Of a stretch of 64,000 bases of DNA, positions 21,582 to 30,209 are shown piece by piece. Numbering within the stretch: position 1 is the first letter of the stretch; each line of letters starts with the position of its first letter. Position numbers and translations under genes: made by a program. Source of the stretch: an uncultured delta proteobacterium (GTDB lineage Bacteria > Myxococcota_A > Polyangia > Fen-1088); the NCBI GenBank assembly GCA_963767925.1, contig CAVYGB010000002.1:64001-128000 (forward strand), given 5' to 3'. The notes below the pieces were generated by a model. It saw only the letters and a list, made by a program, of their open reading frames with translations, was not told the origin of the DNA and ran no database searches.

Positions 21582-22132
21582 GTCGCCGGCCCCTCGATGC
21601 AGCGGCGGAGCGAGTCGCGCACCCGGCACAGGGTGACCCGCACCCAGATCTCCGTGCGCGAGAAGCGCTCGGCCAGGCTGCGCGAGGGCAGCCCCTCGAC
21701 GTAACGCCCTTCCACCAGCTCGCGCAGCGCCTCGGGCAGGCGTTCGATGCAGGAGCGCAGGCGGCGGCTCCGGTGCTCGAGCTCCTCCATCCGCTCGAGG
21801 TCCTCCAGGCCCTTGCCCACCAGCGCCGCCTCCAGCGTGTCGTCGTTCGCCGCGCAGAAGCGCTGCTGATCGCGCAGGGCCCGCAACATGTGGTTGCGGG
21901 CGATGGCCTTGAGCCAGCCCTTGAAAGCGCCGGCGCCGCGGTACTGGGCCAGGTTCTGGTAGGCCGAGACGAAGGTCGCCTGCAGCACCTCGTCGGCCAG
22001 CCCCTCGCTGATCTCGAGGGCGGCGAGGTGAATCCGCAGCCCCATCTCCAGCTCCAGCACCAGCGACCGGAACGCCCCCCGGTCGCCGCCCGCCGCGCGC
22101 GCCACCAGGGCGTCAATCTCCTCGGCCGTCAT
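21578..22132 (-). CDS. ECF RNA polymerase sigma factor
   Basis: GDRGAF, ADEVLQATFV, FKGWLKAIARN, region 4 helix-turn-helix; ATGA overlap with downstream gene. Confidence 0.92.
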   Translation of the reverse strand: MTAEEIDALVARAAGGDRGAFRSLVLELEMGLRIHLAALEISEGLADEVLQATFVSAYQNLAQYRGAGAFKGWLKAIARNHMLRALRDQQRFCAANDDTLEAALVGKGLEDLERMEELEHRSRRLRSCIERLPEALRELVEGRYVEGLPSRSLAERFSRTEIWVRVTLCRVRDSLRRCIEGPAT

Positions 22133-22450
22133 GCTGGTCCGTGCTCCCGTACCAGGATCCACGAGGGGCCGATTCGTTACACCCCTTCGAAAAGACCCCT
22201 GTGGCACACCGCGCTCGGGCCTGCGGCGCGGGCGTGCCGATCACAACGATCGAGGGGGTCCGGTTGTGCGAAGCGGTTCGGGAGGAAAGTGGAAGGAGCG
22301 CGTCGCTTGACTTGGCCGCGGCCGGTCCTTACGTTGCGAGGACTGAGCCGAGCGACCCCAACTTCTGGTCCGACAACTACCTCTGCGCCCCGCCCTGATC
22401 GCCTGCGCGGGCGCCCCGACGGTGAGAGCACGGGTGAACACCTCCACCTG

Positions 22451-22554
22451 TTTGCCCTCTCCCGGCGGCCGTCTGCGGACGTGGGGAGAGGGAAGGGTGA
22501 GGGGCGGTTGCCACACCGGAGGCCCCTCGCCCGGCGCGCAGACGCGCTGACCTC
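22451..22554. repeat. REP/MITE-like element, family A, copy 3 (inverted)
   Basis: About 100-bp reverse-complement near-copy of 2439-2541. Confidence 0.82.
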
Positions 22555-22602
22555 GCCACGGCCACCCTTCGAGTGAACCGCCCCCGCAACCAAGCAGCGA
22601 GG

Positions 22603-23334
22603 TCAGCCGGTCAACGGGGGCGGCGGGGTCTCGTCGGGGTAGACTTCGAGGTGGAAGTGGTCGCGGTGGTCGGCGTTGTCGTCGGGGGTCACGAGGATGC
22701 GGAAGGAGGTGTGCAGCTTGAGGCGGCAGGCCAGCCCGCGCAGCAGGCGGCCGGGCTCGGTGCGGGGCGAGCCGATGCAGGCCGCGAGCGCCCCCGGGCC
22801 GGCGCGGAGCTGGCGCCACTCGCCGGTGCCCGTCTCGAAGGCCCGCGCCACATCGTACCGGCGCGAGCCATCGCGCAGCACGTGGACGTCGATGGCCAGG
22901 CCGTTCGCGTGCGCCGAGAGCTTGTCGGTTCCGCGCCGCGGGCGGTAGTCGTAGGCCGCCGAATACTCCAGCCCGTCGATCCCGAACCCGCGGAACACCG
23001 GCGCCGCCTCCAGCAGGCCCCGGGCGAGCGCACAGTCCATCAAGGCCTCCCGGCGACCCCGGGGGATCAGCCTCACCCCGTCGATCGCCCCCCGGATCAC
23101 CACCGGCGTGCGGATACCGGGGGTCGACTCAGCGGGCACAAACGCCACCCCCGCCTTGCGCAGGACGTGGAGGCAGGCCGGGTCGGGCGCCGGCCCACCC
23201 GCGCCCGACTTGCCGTCGCCGCCGCACCCGCGGGCGTTGGCGCCACACACGGCGACCCCCAGCAGCACGCCGAAGAGCAGGAAACCCGCGGCCCCGCCGC
23301 GCGCCGCCCTCGGGAAATAGTCGCGTACTGCCAT
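22603..23334 (-). CDS. Extensin-like C-terminal domain protein
   Basis: LMDCALA, LSAHANGLAIDV, TPDDNADHRDHFHLE. Confidence 0.85.
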   Translation of the reverse strand: MAVRDYFPRAARGGAAGFLLFGVLLGVAVCGANARGCGGDGKSGAGGPAPDPACLHVLRKAGVAFVPAESTPGIRTPVVIRGAIDGVRLIPRGRREALMDCALARGLLEAAPVFRGFGIDGLEYSAAYDYRPRRGTDKLSAHANGLAIDVHVLRDGSRRYDVARAFETGTGEWRQLRAGPGALAACIGSPRTEPGRLLRGLACRLKLHTSFRILVTPDDNADHRDHFHLEVYPDETPPPPLTG

Positions 23335-23347
23335 CGCCGCCAGTCGG

Positions 23348-24478
23348 CTACCACATCACCGTGTAGCCGAAGTTCAGCCCGTACGACGACCGCAGCGCCA
23401 GCACCGCGCCGGCCTCGGTCTGGAACGCCTCGACCGTCGAGTAGCTGAAGAAGGCCGACGGCGTGAACACGCCCGAGCGACCGACCAGGAAGTTCATCCC
23501 CAGCCGCGGCTGCAGGGCCAACCCCGCGTCGTGCCCCGACAGGTAGTTGACCCCCAGCCCCAGCCCCATGAACCCGAACGCGACCTGCGAGAAGGGCAGG
23601 TGCAGGCTCGGCTCGAAGATGGCCTTGATCTCGGTGGCGCTGGCCGCCTCGGCGTCTTCGGTCGCCCCCACCCGGAAGTAGCTGAGCCCCCCGATGAGCG
23701 AGAGCTGGAAGTTGTCGATCACGAACAGCCCGACCGAGGGCGACAGGTCGATGCGCGTATAGCGCGGGGCCGCCCCGAACCCGGCCGACCCGCCCAGCTC
23801 GAGCACCCCCGACCGCGCATAAGCCTGCGTCCCCCCGACCCCCGCCTGCTCCGTCACCCCGGTCGTGGCGAGCGTGGGCGCCGGCACCGGCGGCATGGGA
23901 TCGTTGTCCGAGCGGGGCGCGGGCAACCCCTGCGCCGGAGCCCCCTCCCCCAGCGTCGCCCTGCCAGTGGCAGGCGGCGGCGGCAGAGGCCGCGGCGCCG
24001 GCAGCGGCTGCGCGATCGGCGGCAGCGGCTGGGGAGTGGGAGTCATGGTGCCAGTGGGCGGCGGCGGGGGAAGCGGCGCCGGAGGCGGCGGCAGCGGCGG
24101 ATACGCCGGCGCGCTGGGCGGCGTGTTCGGCACGCTCGGCGGCGCCAGCGGCGCCGGTGAGGTCGGAGCGCTCGGCGCACTGGGCGGCGCCAACGGCCCC
24201 GGGCTCGTCGGGGCAGCGGGCGGGGCCACAGCGTCCGGCGTGCTCGGCGCACTGGGCGGCGCCACGGGGCCCTGGCTGGTCGGGGCAGCGGGCGGGGCCA
24301 CACGGTCCGGCGTGCTCGGAGGCGGCGGCGCCACCGGAGCCACGGGGTCGCTCCCGCTCGCCCCGGATGGCCGCACCTCGCCCGCTCCGGCGGGAGCCTG
24401 ACCGGCGAAGACAGGCCGCGGCCCGACCAGGACCGCAAGAATCACCAGGACCTTCGAAACAGCGAACGACATACGCAT
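23348..24478 (-). CDS. Outer-membrane beta-barrel protein with Pro-rich repetitive N-terminus
   Basis: Signal peptide; repeated VAPPAAPTS/APPSAPST; amphipathic strands ending FGYTVMW. Confidence 0.75.
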   Translation of the reverse strand: MRMSFAVSKVLVILAVLVGPRPVFAGQAPAGAGEVRPSGASGSDPVAPVAPPPPSTPDRVAPPAAPTSQGPVAPPSAPSTPDAVAPPAAPTSPGPLAPPSAPSAPTSPAPLAPPSVPNTPPSAPAYPPLPPPPAPLPPPPPTGTMTPTPQPLPPIAQPLPAPRPLPPPPATGRATLGEGAPAQGLPAPRSDNDPMPPVPAPTLATTGVTEQAGVGGTQAYARSGVLELGGSAGFGAAPRYTRIDLSPSVGLFVIDNFQLSLIGGLSYFRVGATEDAEAASATEIKAIFEPSLHLPFSQVAFGFMGLGLGVNYLSGHDAGLALQPRLGMNFLVGRSGVFTPSAFFSYSTVEAFQTEAGAVLALRSSYGLNFGYTVMW

Positions 24479-24907
24479 CCCGAGCTCCTTTTCCACCCCG
24501 GCCACGACGAGTCCACCTCGACACCACCAACATGGGTTGCGCTCCCGAACCGGGCAACCCCGCCCCTCGGGAAACCACCGGGACCCAGGAGAGATGCCCG
24601 GGCACGCCAGAACGCCAGCCGGAGGGCCCCTCCGAGGTTCGCGGGCCAAGACGTTCGGGGCTCCAGGTACTCCCCCGGCGATAGGCACCCTGAACCAACC
24701 CGTGGAATCGCCGTCGCTCCGCGCTACCCTCGCGACACACGCGTCACGGCCAGCGACTGCCGCCGCACATCGGCCGTATGTCCCCAGCGCCGTCTCCTCG
24801 GCGAACTTGAAAAGGGCGCTTCTGCGCGTTCACGCCCCCTCGCGACGCCGCCGAGGCGGTGGGGGCGGCGGAACTGGCTGTCGGTGTCCCGCTGGGCGGA
24901 TGGGTGG

Positions 24908-25351
24908 TCAGGCCAGGCGGGCGCGGAGGTCGACCCTTATCGTGTCGCCGGGGTTCTTGTTGATGCGAGCGCGGATCTCTTCCTTGACCGGGAGCTTGTG
25001 GCGGCCGTCGCCGAGGGCCATGAAGGAGCTGCGGAAGGGGACGCCGTCCATGAGGCCCTCGACCTTGACCAGGCCGCGCGTGCCGAAGAACTCGGGCGAC
25101 TTCGGCCACACCAGGTAGGTCCAGCCGCCGGGCTTCGGGCTCTTCTGAAGCGGCGCCCGGAAGGAGACCTCGAGCGGCCCCGTCTTGCTGGGCCTGGCGG
25201 GGCTGGCCTTGCTGGCCTTCGCCGGACGGACACTCCTGGCTTTCGCGGGTGCCTTGCTGGCCTTCGCCGCGTGGGCGCTGCGGGCTTTCGCGGGTGCCTT
25301 GCTGGGCTTTGCGGGGCGGGCCTTGCTGGCCTTCGCAGGGGTGGTGATCAT
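24908..25351 (-). CDS. DUF1905 domain protein with basic AKASK-repeat N-terminal tail
   Basis: GGAG RBS; GGWTYLVWP, FFGTRGLVKVEG, SSFMALGDGRHKLPV. Confidence 0.85.
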   Translation of the reverse strand: MITTPAKASKARPAKPSKAPAKARSAHAAKASKAPAKARSVRPAKASKASPARPSKTGPLEVSFRAPLQKSPKPGGWTYLVWPKSPEFFGTRGLVKVEGLMDGVPFRSSFMALGDGRHKLPVKEEIRARINKNPGDTIRVDLRARLA

Positions 25352-25499
25352 GGCTCCTCCGTTGGGATGCGGGTCTTTTCGAAGATACGACGATCGCCCC
25401 GGGCCGATCCCGACAGCCCCCAACTGCGCGTGGGCGGAGCGTCATGAGCGGTGCGTGGAGGGAGTGCCTGGGTCGGACGTGCCTGGCGTGCCGCTGGCT

Positions 25500-26693
25500 T
25501 CAGAGGGCGTAGCGTCGGGCCAGCGAGTGGAACGCGCGCTTGGGCTCCCAGTGGTAGGCGCCGGTCGCCTCGTTTCGCGAGACCGCCTTGACGACGCTGT
25601 AGCTCGCCATGTCCAGGTCGCGGATCGCCTCGGGCGAATGGAGCAGCTCGGGGGTCGCGAACTGATAGACGAAGGCCCCGTCGACCTGCTCGGCCTGGAA
25701 GACGTCGAGCAGGTGGTCGAGGTAGTCGGCCTGGGTCTGCTCGCTGCGAACCCGGGGCCGATCGAGGAAGCCGGGGTGGTCCCGGTCGAGGATGTTCCAG
25801 CCCATCCCGCCGGCGTCGTCCGCGCCCTCGTAGGTGCAGCAGCCGAACTCGAGCACCACGACAGGCTTTCCCTGGTCCCGGAACCGCCGCAGCGGCTCGA
25901 CGTACTCCGATCGATTCGTCGCGTCCTCGTAGTGGTCCAGGCCGACGATGTCGAAGCCGCTCCAGTCGATCCCGTCCCACTCCCAGGGGCCGGCGCCGTA
26001 GGTGAGCGGCCCCCCGAACCTGTCCCGCGCCAGCGACCGCACCTGCCCGAGCACCTCCTCGAGCCGGAGCATCATCTGCTGCCAGTGCGCCTCCGACAGG
26101 CTCTCGAAGCTCACGATGCGGTCGAGGACCGTCGCGCCCGGGACGAAGCCCGTGTTGAGCAGGGTGATCTCGACGCCGACGTTCAGGACCACGTTCGAAT
26201 ATTGCCGCCGCAGCCGCTCGGCCTCGTCGGCCACGCGCGCGACGTGGGCCAGCAGCGCCTCCGGAGGCACATCGAAGCGCCTCGGCTGCAGCCAGACCTG
26301 CAGCCCCGTCTCGAGGGCATGGGCCGCGGTCTCGATGAGCCGGGTGATGTCCGTGCCGTGAATGCCGATGGCGTTGCAGTGGAGATCGTCGCGGATGGCG
26401 CGCACATCCCGCCGCATGGACGCCGCATCCCAGGCCGGGCTGGCGCCATCGAAGTCGGAGTCGGTCCCGACGTCATAGTTGATCCCCCGGTGCTTCAGCG
26501 AGAGCGGAGGTGGGCCGGGCGGCGGTCGGCGCTCGCCCTCGCAGGCGGCCAGCAAGAGGTTGGCGCCACCGGCGAGCAGCCCCGCGCTGCCGAGCGCCCC
26601 CCGGAGCACCCCGCGCCGGCTGATGCCCATCCCCTGCATCCGGTCGCCGATGGCGTGCCGTCTGCCCTCGATCGCTGTGAACGCGCTCTTCAT
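25500..26693 (-). CDS. Tat-exported TIM-barrel (glycoside hydrolase-like) lipoprotein
   Basis: SRRGVL Tat motif, LAAC, RGINYDVG, DLHCNAI, EFGCCTY, WEPKRAF. Confidence 0.75.
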   Translation of the reverse strand: MKSAFTAIEGRRHAIGDRMQGMGISRRGVLRGALGSAGLLAGGANLLLAACEGERRPPPGPPPLSLKHRGINYDVGTDSDFDGASPAWDAASMRRDVRAIRDDLHCNAIGIHGTDITRLIETAAHALETGLQVWLQPRRFDVPPEALLAHVARVADEAERLRRQYSNVVLNVGVEITLLNTGFVPGATVLDRIVSFESLSEAHWQQMMLRLEEVLGQVRSLARDRFGGPLTYGAGPWEWDGIDWSGFDIVGLDHYEDATNRSEYVEPLRRFRDQGKPVVVLEFGCCTYEGADDAGGMGWNILDRDHPGFLDRPRVRSEQTQADYLDHLLDVFQAEQVDGAFVYQFATPELLHSPEAIRDLDMASYSVVKAVSRNEATGAYHWEPKRAFHSLARRYAL

Positions 26694-26911
26694 GGATTCC
26701 CTTCCTGGAGCGACGCGAGCCCACCGCGGGCAGCAGGCGGCATCCCTGCGTCCCCGGTGATGAAGCGTCCCTCGACGTCATCCCATCCCAGGAACGCGCC
26801 AACCCACGGTTCGTTGAGCCCCGCCACGCGCTCCCGCCGCAAACGCCCAGTCAGAGATCAGGGAGGTCCCGTGCGACACCGCACCACCACGCGCGGCCGC
26901 CGCAGGCGCGC

Positions 26912-28849
26912 TCACTGTGGCCGGGGCGGGCGGGGAAAATCGTAGCGCTCGAAAGATGTGGCGTTGCCGACGGGGAGCGCGGGCAGAGGGGCCGACAGGA
27001 TCTGGGCCTCGATCGCGTCTTGCAAGCAGGTGCCGAGCGGGGTGCCGGCCAGGGTGTTGCCGAAGCGAGCGGTCAGCCGGGCGGGCTCGCCCTGCCGCGG
27101 ACCGTCCCCCGTGCGGGTGAGATCGAACCTCACCTGCAGGCTGCCTGCGGCCGGGAAACGCGCGGCGCAGTCATCGAGGGTGGGGCCGCCCTCGAAGGTG
27201 TCGACCAGCTCGCGGAGAAACGCGCCCCCGTCCGCGCGGGGTCTGGAGGCCATCACCAGGAAGGCCTCGACCCTGCCACCGCTGCGCAGGGTGACCAGGT
27301 TGTCGTCGACCCGGACGATGTATTCGGTCGCCGTGTGGAACCAGCGATCTCGCTGCAGCTCCGACACCCAGCTGGGCGGGCCGCTCGGCCAGCGCGCGGC
27401 GCAGATGTTGGCCCGGCACTCCACCTCGACCGTCACGGTGTGGAGGCGGGGAAAATGCGCCACCACCCGGCGGCGCACCTCCGCCGACAGCTCCGGGTTC
27501 GCGAGCGACAGCTCCGGGTTCGCGGGACCCGCCGGGAAACGTTCGTGGGGAAGGACGCGCGCCTCGATGTCCTCGCGCCACGCGCGGATTTGCATCTGCA
27601 GCCGGTCGCGCTCGGCCACGCAGGCGCTGGCCGTGGCGGGCACCGGTGCCTCTGGCAGCGCTGGCTCGACCGTCGAGCCGCTCCGCTCGGGCGCGCCGGA
27701 AGGATGGTTCAGCATCAAGAAAACCTCCATCTCGGTCAGCGCCTCGCCCGTGCCGTAATCCTTGCTCGGGTTCCCCGGAGGTATCCCCAGTGAGAAGGTC
27801 CGCCTCGCCACCTCCCTGTTTTGCTGAAGGACCAGGTGCCCGTCGTTGCCCCAGGGATCCTCGGCCCGCACCGGCGCCACCACCAGGACGCGGCAGACCC
27901 AGGTGCGACACTCCAGCGAAGTCGCGAACCGCTGCGGCCGGTCCCGGTAGGCCCGCTCGATGATCGGCTCGAAGACCACCTGGGCGGCAGGGTTGGGCTC
28001 GCCCATCCTGAAGAGCTCGATGAATGACAGCCGCTTCCGGTGCTCCACCTCGACCGCCGCGCTCTCCACCCGCAACAGCCGCAACTCGGCCTGACAGGCC
28101 GCCAGATCCTCGGGGCTCGGTCGCGAGGCCGCGGCGGCGAGGCGGATCGGTCCCGGCCCGCCCGCGGTAGGTCGCGCCCCCGCCCGGGCCAGCCCGCTGG
28201 CCGGCGCTCCGAACGAGCAGGGTCCGACGAGCAGGCCCGCCGCCAGGGTGAGCCCCGCCAGCCCCGCCGCCAGCGAGAACCCGAGCCGCGGGCGCGGCGC
28301 CAGCGGGACGGACAGCGGCACCAGCGCCGCCGTCCAGATCGCCCGCCGGCCCCCGTGCCGATCGTCGAGCCGGCGCCTCAGCTCGTCGAGCGCGACCTTG
28401 AGCCGCCAGCGCACGGTGCCCGCCGGGACACCCAGCCGCCGGGCAATCGCGGCGCTCGACAGCTCCTCGAAGTAGCGCAGCACCAGCGTCTGCCGGTAAG
28501 GCTCCTCGAGCGCGGCCACCAGCTCGGCCAGCAGCCGCTGGCCCTCGACCCGCTCGGCCAGCCACTCCGGCGACGCCGCGGCCTCGTCGCTGGCGAAGCG
28601 GCGCTGCCGCACCTCCCGCCGGCGCGCCGCCGCCCGCCGGTTGATCCAGAGGTTGCGCAGGACCACCGCCAGCCAGGGCCGCAGCGGGCGGTCGCTGGCC
28701 GGCGGCCGCCGGCTGGCCGCGACCCAGGTCTCCTGCACGAGGTCGTCCGCCTCGGCGACGTCCGCCGTCAGCCGGCGCGCGAGCCGCCGGGCCCAGCCCT
28801 GGTGGGCGAGCAGCTCGTCGAGGGTGGCGGTCGGTGCGTGATTCGGCAT
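26912..28849 (-). CDS. ECF sigma factor with transmembrane helix and long duplicated C-terminal extension
   Basis: ADDLVQETW, LRPWLAVVLRN, LEEPYRQTLVLRYFEELSSAAIARRLGVPAGTVRWRL; 645 aa. Confidence 0.85.
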   Translation of the reverse strand: MPNHAPTATLDELLAHQGWARRLARRLTADVAEADDLVQETWVAASRRPPASDRPLRPWLAVVLRNLWINRRAAARRREVRQRRFASDEAAASPEWLAERVEGQRLLAELVAALEEPYRQTLVLRYFEELSSAAIARRLGVPAGTVRWRLKVALDELRRRLDDRHGGRRAIWTAALVPLSVPLAPRPRLGFSLAAGLAGLTLAAGLLVGPCSFGAPASGLARAGARPTAGGPGPIRLAAAASRPSPEDLAACQAELRLLRVESAAVEVEHRKRLSFIELFRMGEPNPAAQVVFEPIIERAYRDRPQRFATSLECRTWVCRVLVVAPVRAEDPWGNDGHLVLQQNREVARRTFSLGIPPGNPSKDYGTGEALTEMEVFLMLNHPSGAPERSGSTVEPALPEAPVPATASACVAERDRLQMQIRAWREDIEARVLPHERFPAGPANPELSLANPELSAEVRRRVVAHFPRLHTVTVEVECRANICAARWPSGPPSWVSELQRDRWFHTATEYIVRVDDNLVTLRSGGRVEAFLVMASRPRADGGAFLRELVDTFEGGPTLDDCAARFPAAGSLQVRFDLTRTGDGPRQGEPARLTARFGNTLAGTPLGTCLQDAIEAQILSAPLPALPVGNATSFERYDFPRPPRPQ

Positions 28850-29002
28850 GATCAGGGCACCGCGCGGGCGGCCGCAGTGTTGGAGAAAATGTAGCGGGCC
28901 ACCCGCCGCAGGGCACCACCGGAGGTCGCGATCGGGTCGGCCCGGGGGAGAGAGGCCCCTTCCGCCGCCGACTCGCAGTAGGATGGCGCCCGGAAAAACA
29001 CA

Positions 29003-29290
29003 ATGAGCGCCCTCAAGCACAACAGCTACTTCGAGTCCCGGGTCCAGAGCGTCGGGTTCGAGCGAAACGGCCGGCGGGCCACCGTCGGCGTGATCAGCCC
29101 GGGGGAATATCGGTTCACCACCGACGCCCCCGAGCGGATGACCGTGGTCAGCGGCGACCTGCTGGCCCGCCTGGCCCCCGACGGCGACTGGCGCCCTTAC
29201 CCCGCCGGCACCGCCTTCGAGGTGCGTGGCAAGAGCGCCTTCGAGGTCAAGGCGTCCGACCCTGCCGCCTACCTGTGCGAGTTCCTGTAG
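29003..29290 (+). CDS. ppnP: Pyrimidine/purine nucleoside phosphorylase
   Basis: LKHNSYFE..VQSVGF, ATVGVISPGEYRFTTDAPERMTVVSG, AYLCEF. Confidence 0.9.
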   Translation: MSALKHNSYFESRVQSVGFERNGRRATVGVISPGEYRFTTDAPERMTVVSGDLLARLAPDGDWRPYPAGTAFEVRGKSAFEVKASDPAAYLCEFL

Positions 29291-29404
29291 CGCGAGCCTC
29301 GCGCGGGGCCACCCCCAGGAGCGGACGGGCATCTCCGAAAAATGCGGGTCTAGCGGCGGGATCGAGCACGAACCGGCCCGAGCGCCGCGCCGGGGCGTCC
29401 GCGC

Positions 29405-29644
29405 TCAACCAGTCGTGCTGGCGCGGAGGCGGGCCATCACCGCCCGCGCGGAGGTGGAGAGGCCGTCGGGGTCGAGGGCGGCCTCCAGGGCGCGGCTCTG
29501 GCGGGCCACCTCGTAGGCGGCCTGGCGGCCGGCCTCGTCGAGGTCCCACCAGGCGGGGTGGAAGTGGAGCCCGCCGCGGGGATCGCGGGGGCGCCAGGCG
29601 CTGGCGGCGGCCTCGATCAGGGCGCGCTGCTCGTGGGCGGTCAT
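29405..29644 (-). CDS. Small hypothetical protein
   Basis: TGATG coupling to upstream gene; AASAWRPRD...HPAWWDL. Confidence 0.7.
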   Translation of the reverse strand: MTAHEQRALIEAAASAWRPRDPRGGLHFHPAWWDLDEAGRQAAYEVARQSRALEAALDPDGLSTSARAVMARLRASTTG

Positions 29645-30198
29645 CAGACGTGCTCCATGGCGAGGTCGACTCCTTGCTTCTCGAGGCACTCGGCGAGCTG
29701 GCGGCGGGCGCGGGTGAAGTTCTGGAGGAACGTGTTGAGGCGCATCGCCAGGCGTTCGGCCAGCACCTCGTCGGGCTCGCTGCCGCCGGCCGCGAGGCGG
29801 GCCTCCAGGGCCTCGGCCGGGCGGCCGCGCAGCTTCTCCCGGCAGGTCTGGATGGCCTCCCGGAGCAGCGGATCACCGGCCAGCACCGGCACGTCGCCGG
29901 GCGTGTCCTCGGGCGGCGGTCCGGCCGTCCGCACGCGCCGCCGCTCGCTGATCGCGCCGTTGCGGGCGATGCGCACCGCCAGCCGCACGAGGCCGTTGGG
30001 GCGCCCGTCGGGGACGAAGCGGGGGGCGACCTGCCAGACCCGCAGCAACGTCTCCTGCAGGACCGCCTCGGTGTCGACAACCGCCGCGAACGAGCGCAGG
30101 CCCAGGCGGACGGTCGCCTCGGCGGCGGCGACCCAGCGCTGGAAAGCGTCCGGGTCGCCGTCCTGGATCGCGGGCAGGTGGCGATCGAGGTCGTCCAT
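29644..30198 (-). CDS. Divergent sigma-70/ECF-like protein
   Basis: GDPDAF, EAVLQETLLRVW, IARN, C-terminal RARRQLAECL. Confidence 0.7.
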   Translation of the reverse strand: MDDLDRHLPAIQDGDPDAFQRWVAAAEATVRLGLRSFAAVVDTEAVLQETLLRVWQVAPRFVPDGRPNGLVRLAVRIARNGAISERRRVRTAGPPPEDTPGDVPVLAGDPLLREAIQTCREKLRGRPAEALEARLAAGGSEPDEVLAERLAMRLNTFLQNFTRARRQLAECLEKQGVDLAMEHV

Positions 30199-30209
30199 GC
30201 CCGCGCCGC

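Noticed and set aside
24150..24340. Tandem DNA repeats as a mobile or regulatory element
   Set aside because: They encode the Pro-rich linker of the outer-membrane protein.
25500..26693. Abortive-infection defence gene (a label I recall for similar proteins)
   Set aside because: Tat and lipoprotein signals with a TIM-barrel hydrolase pattern indicate an exported enzyme; nothing in the sequence supports defence.
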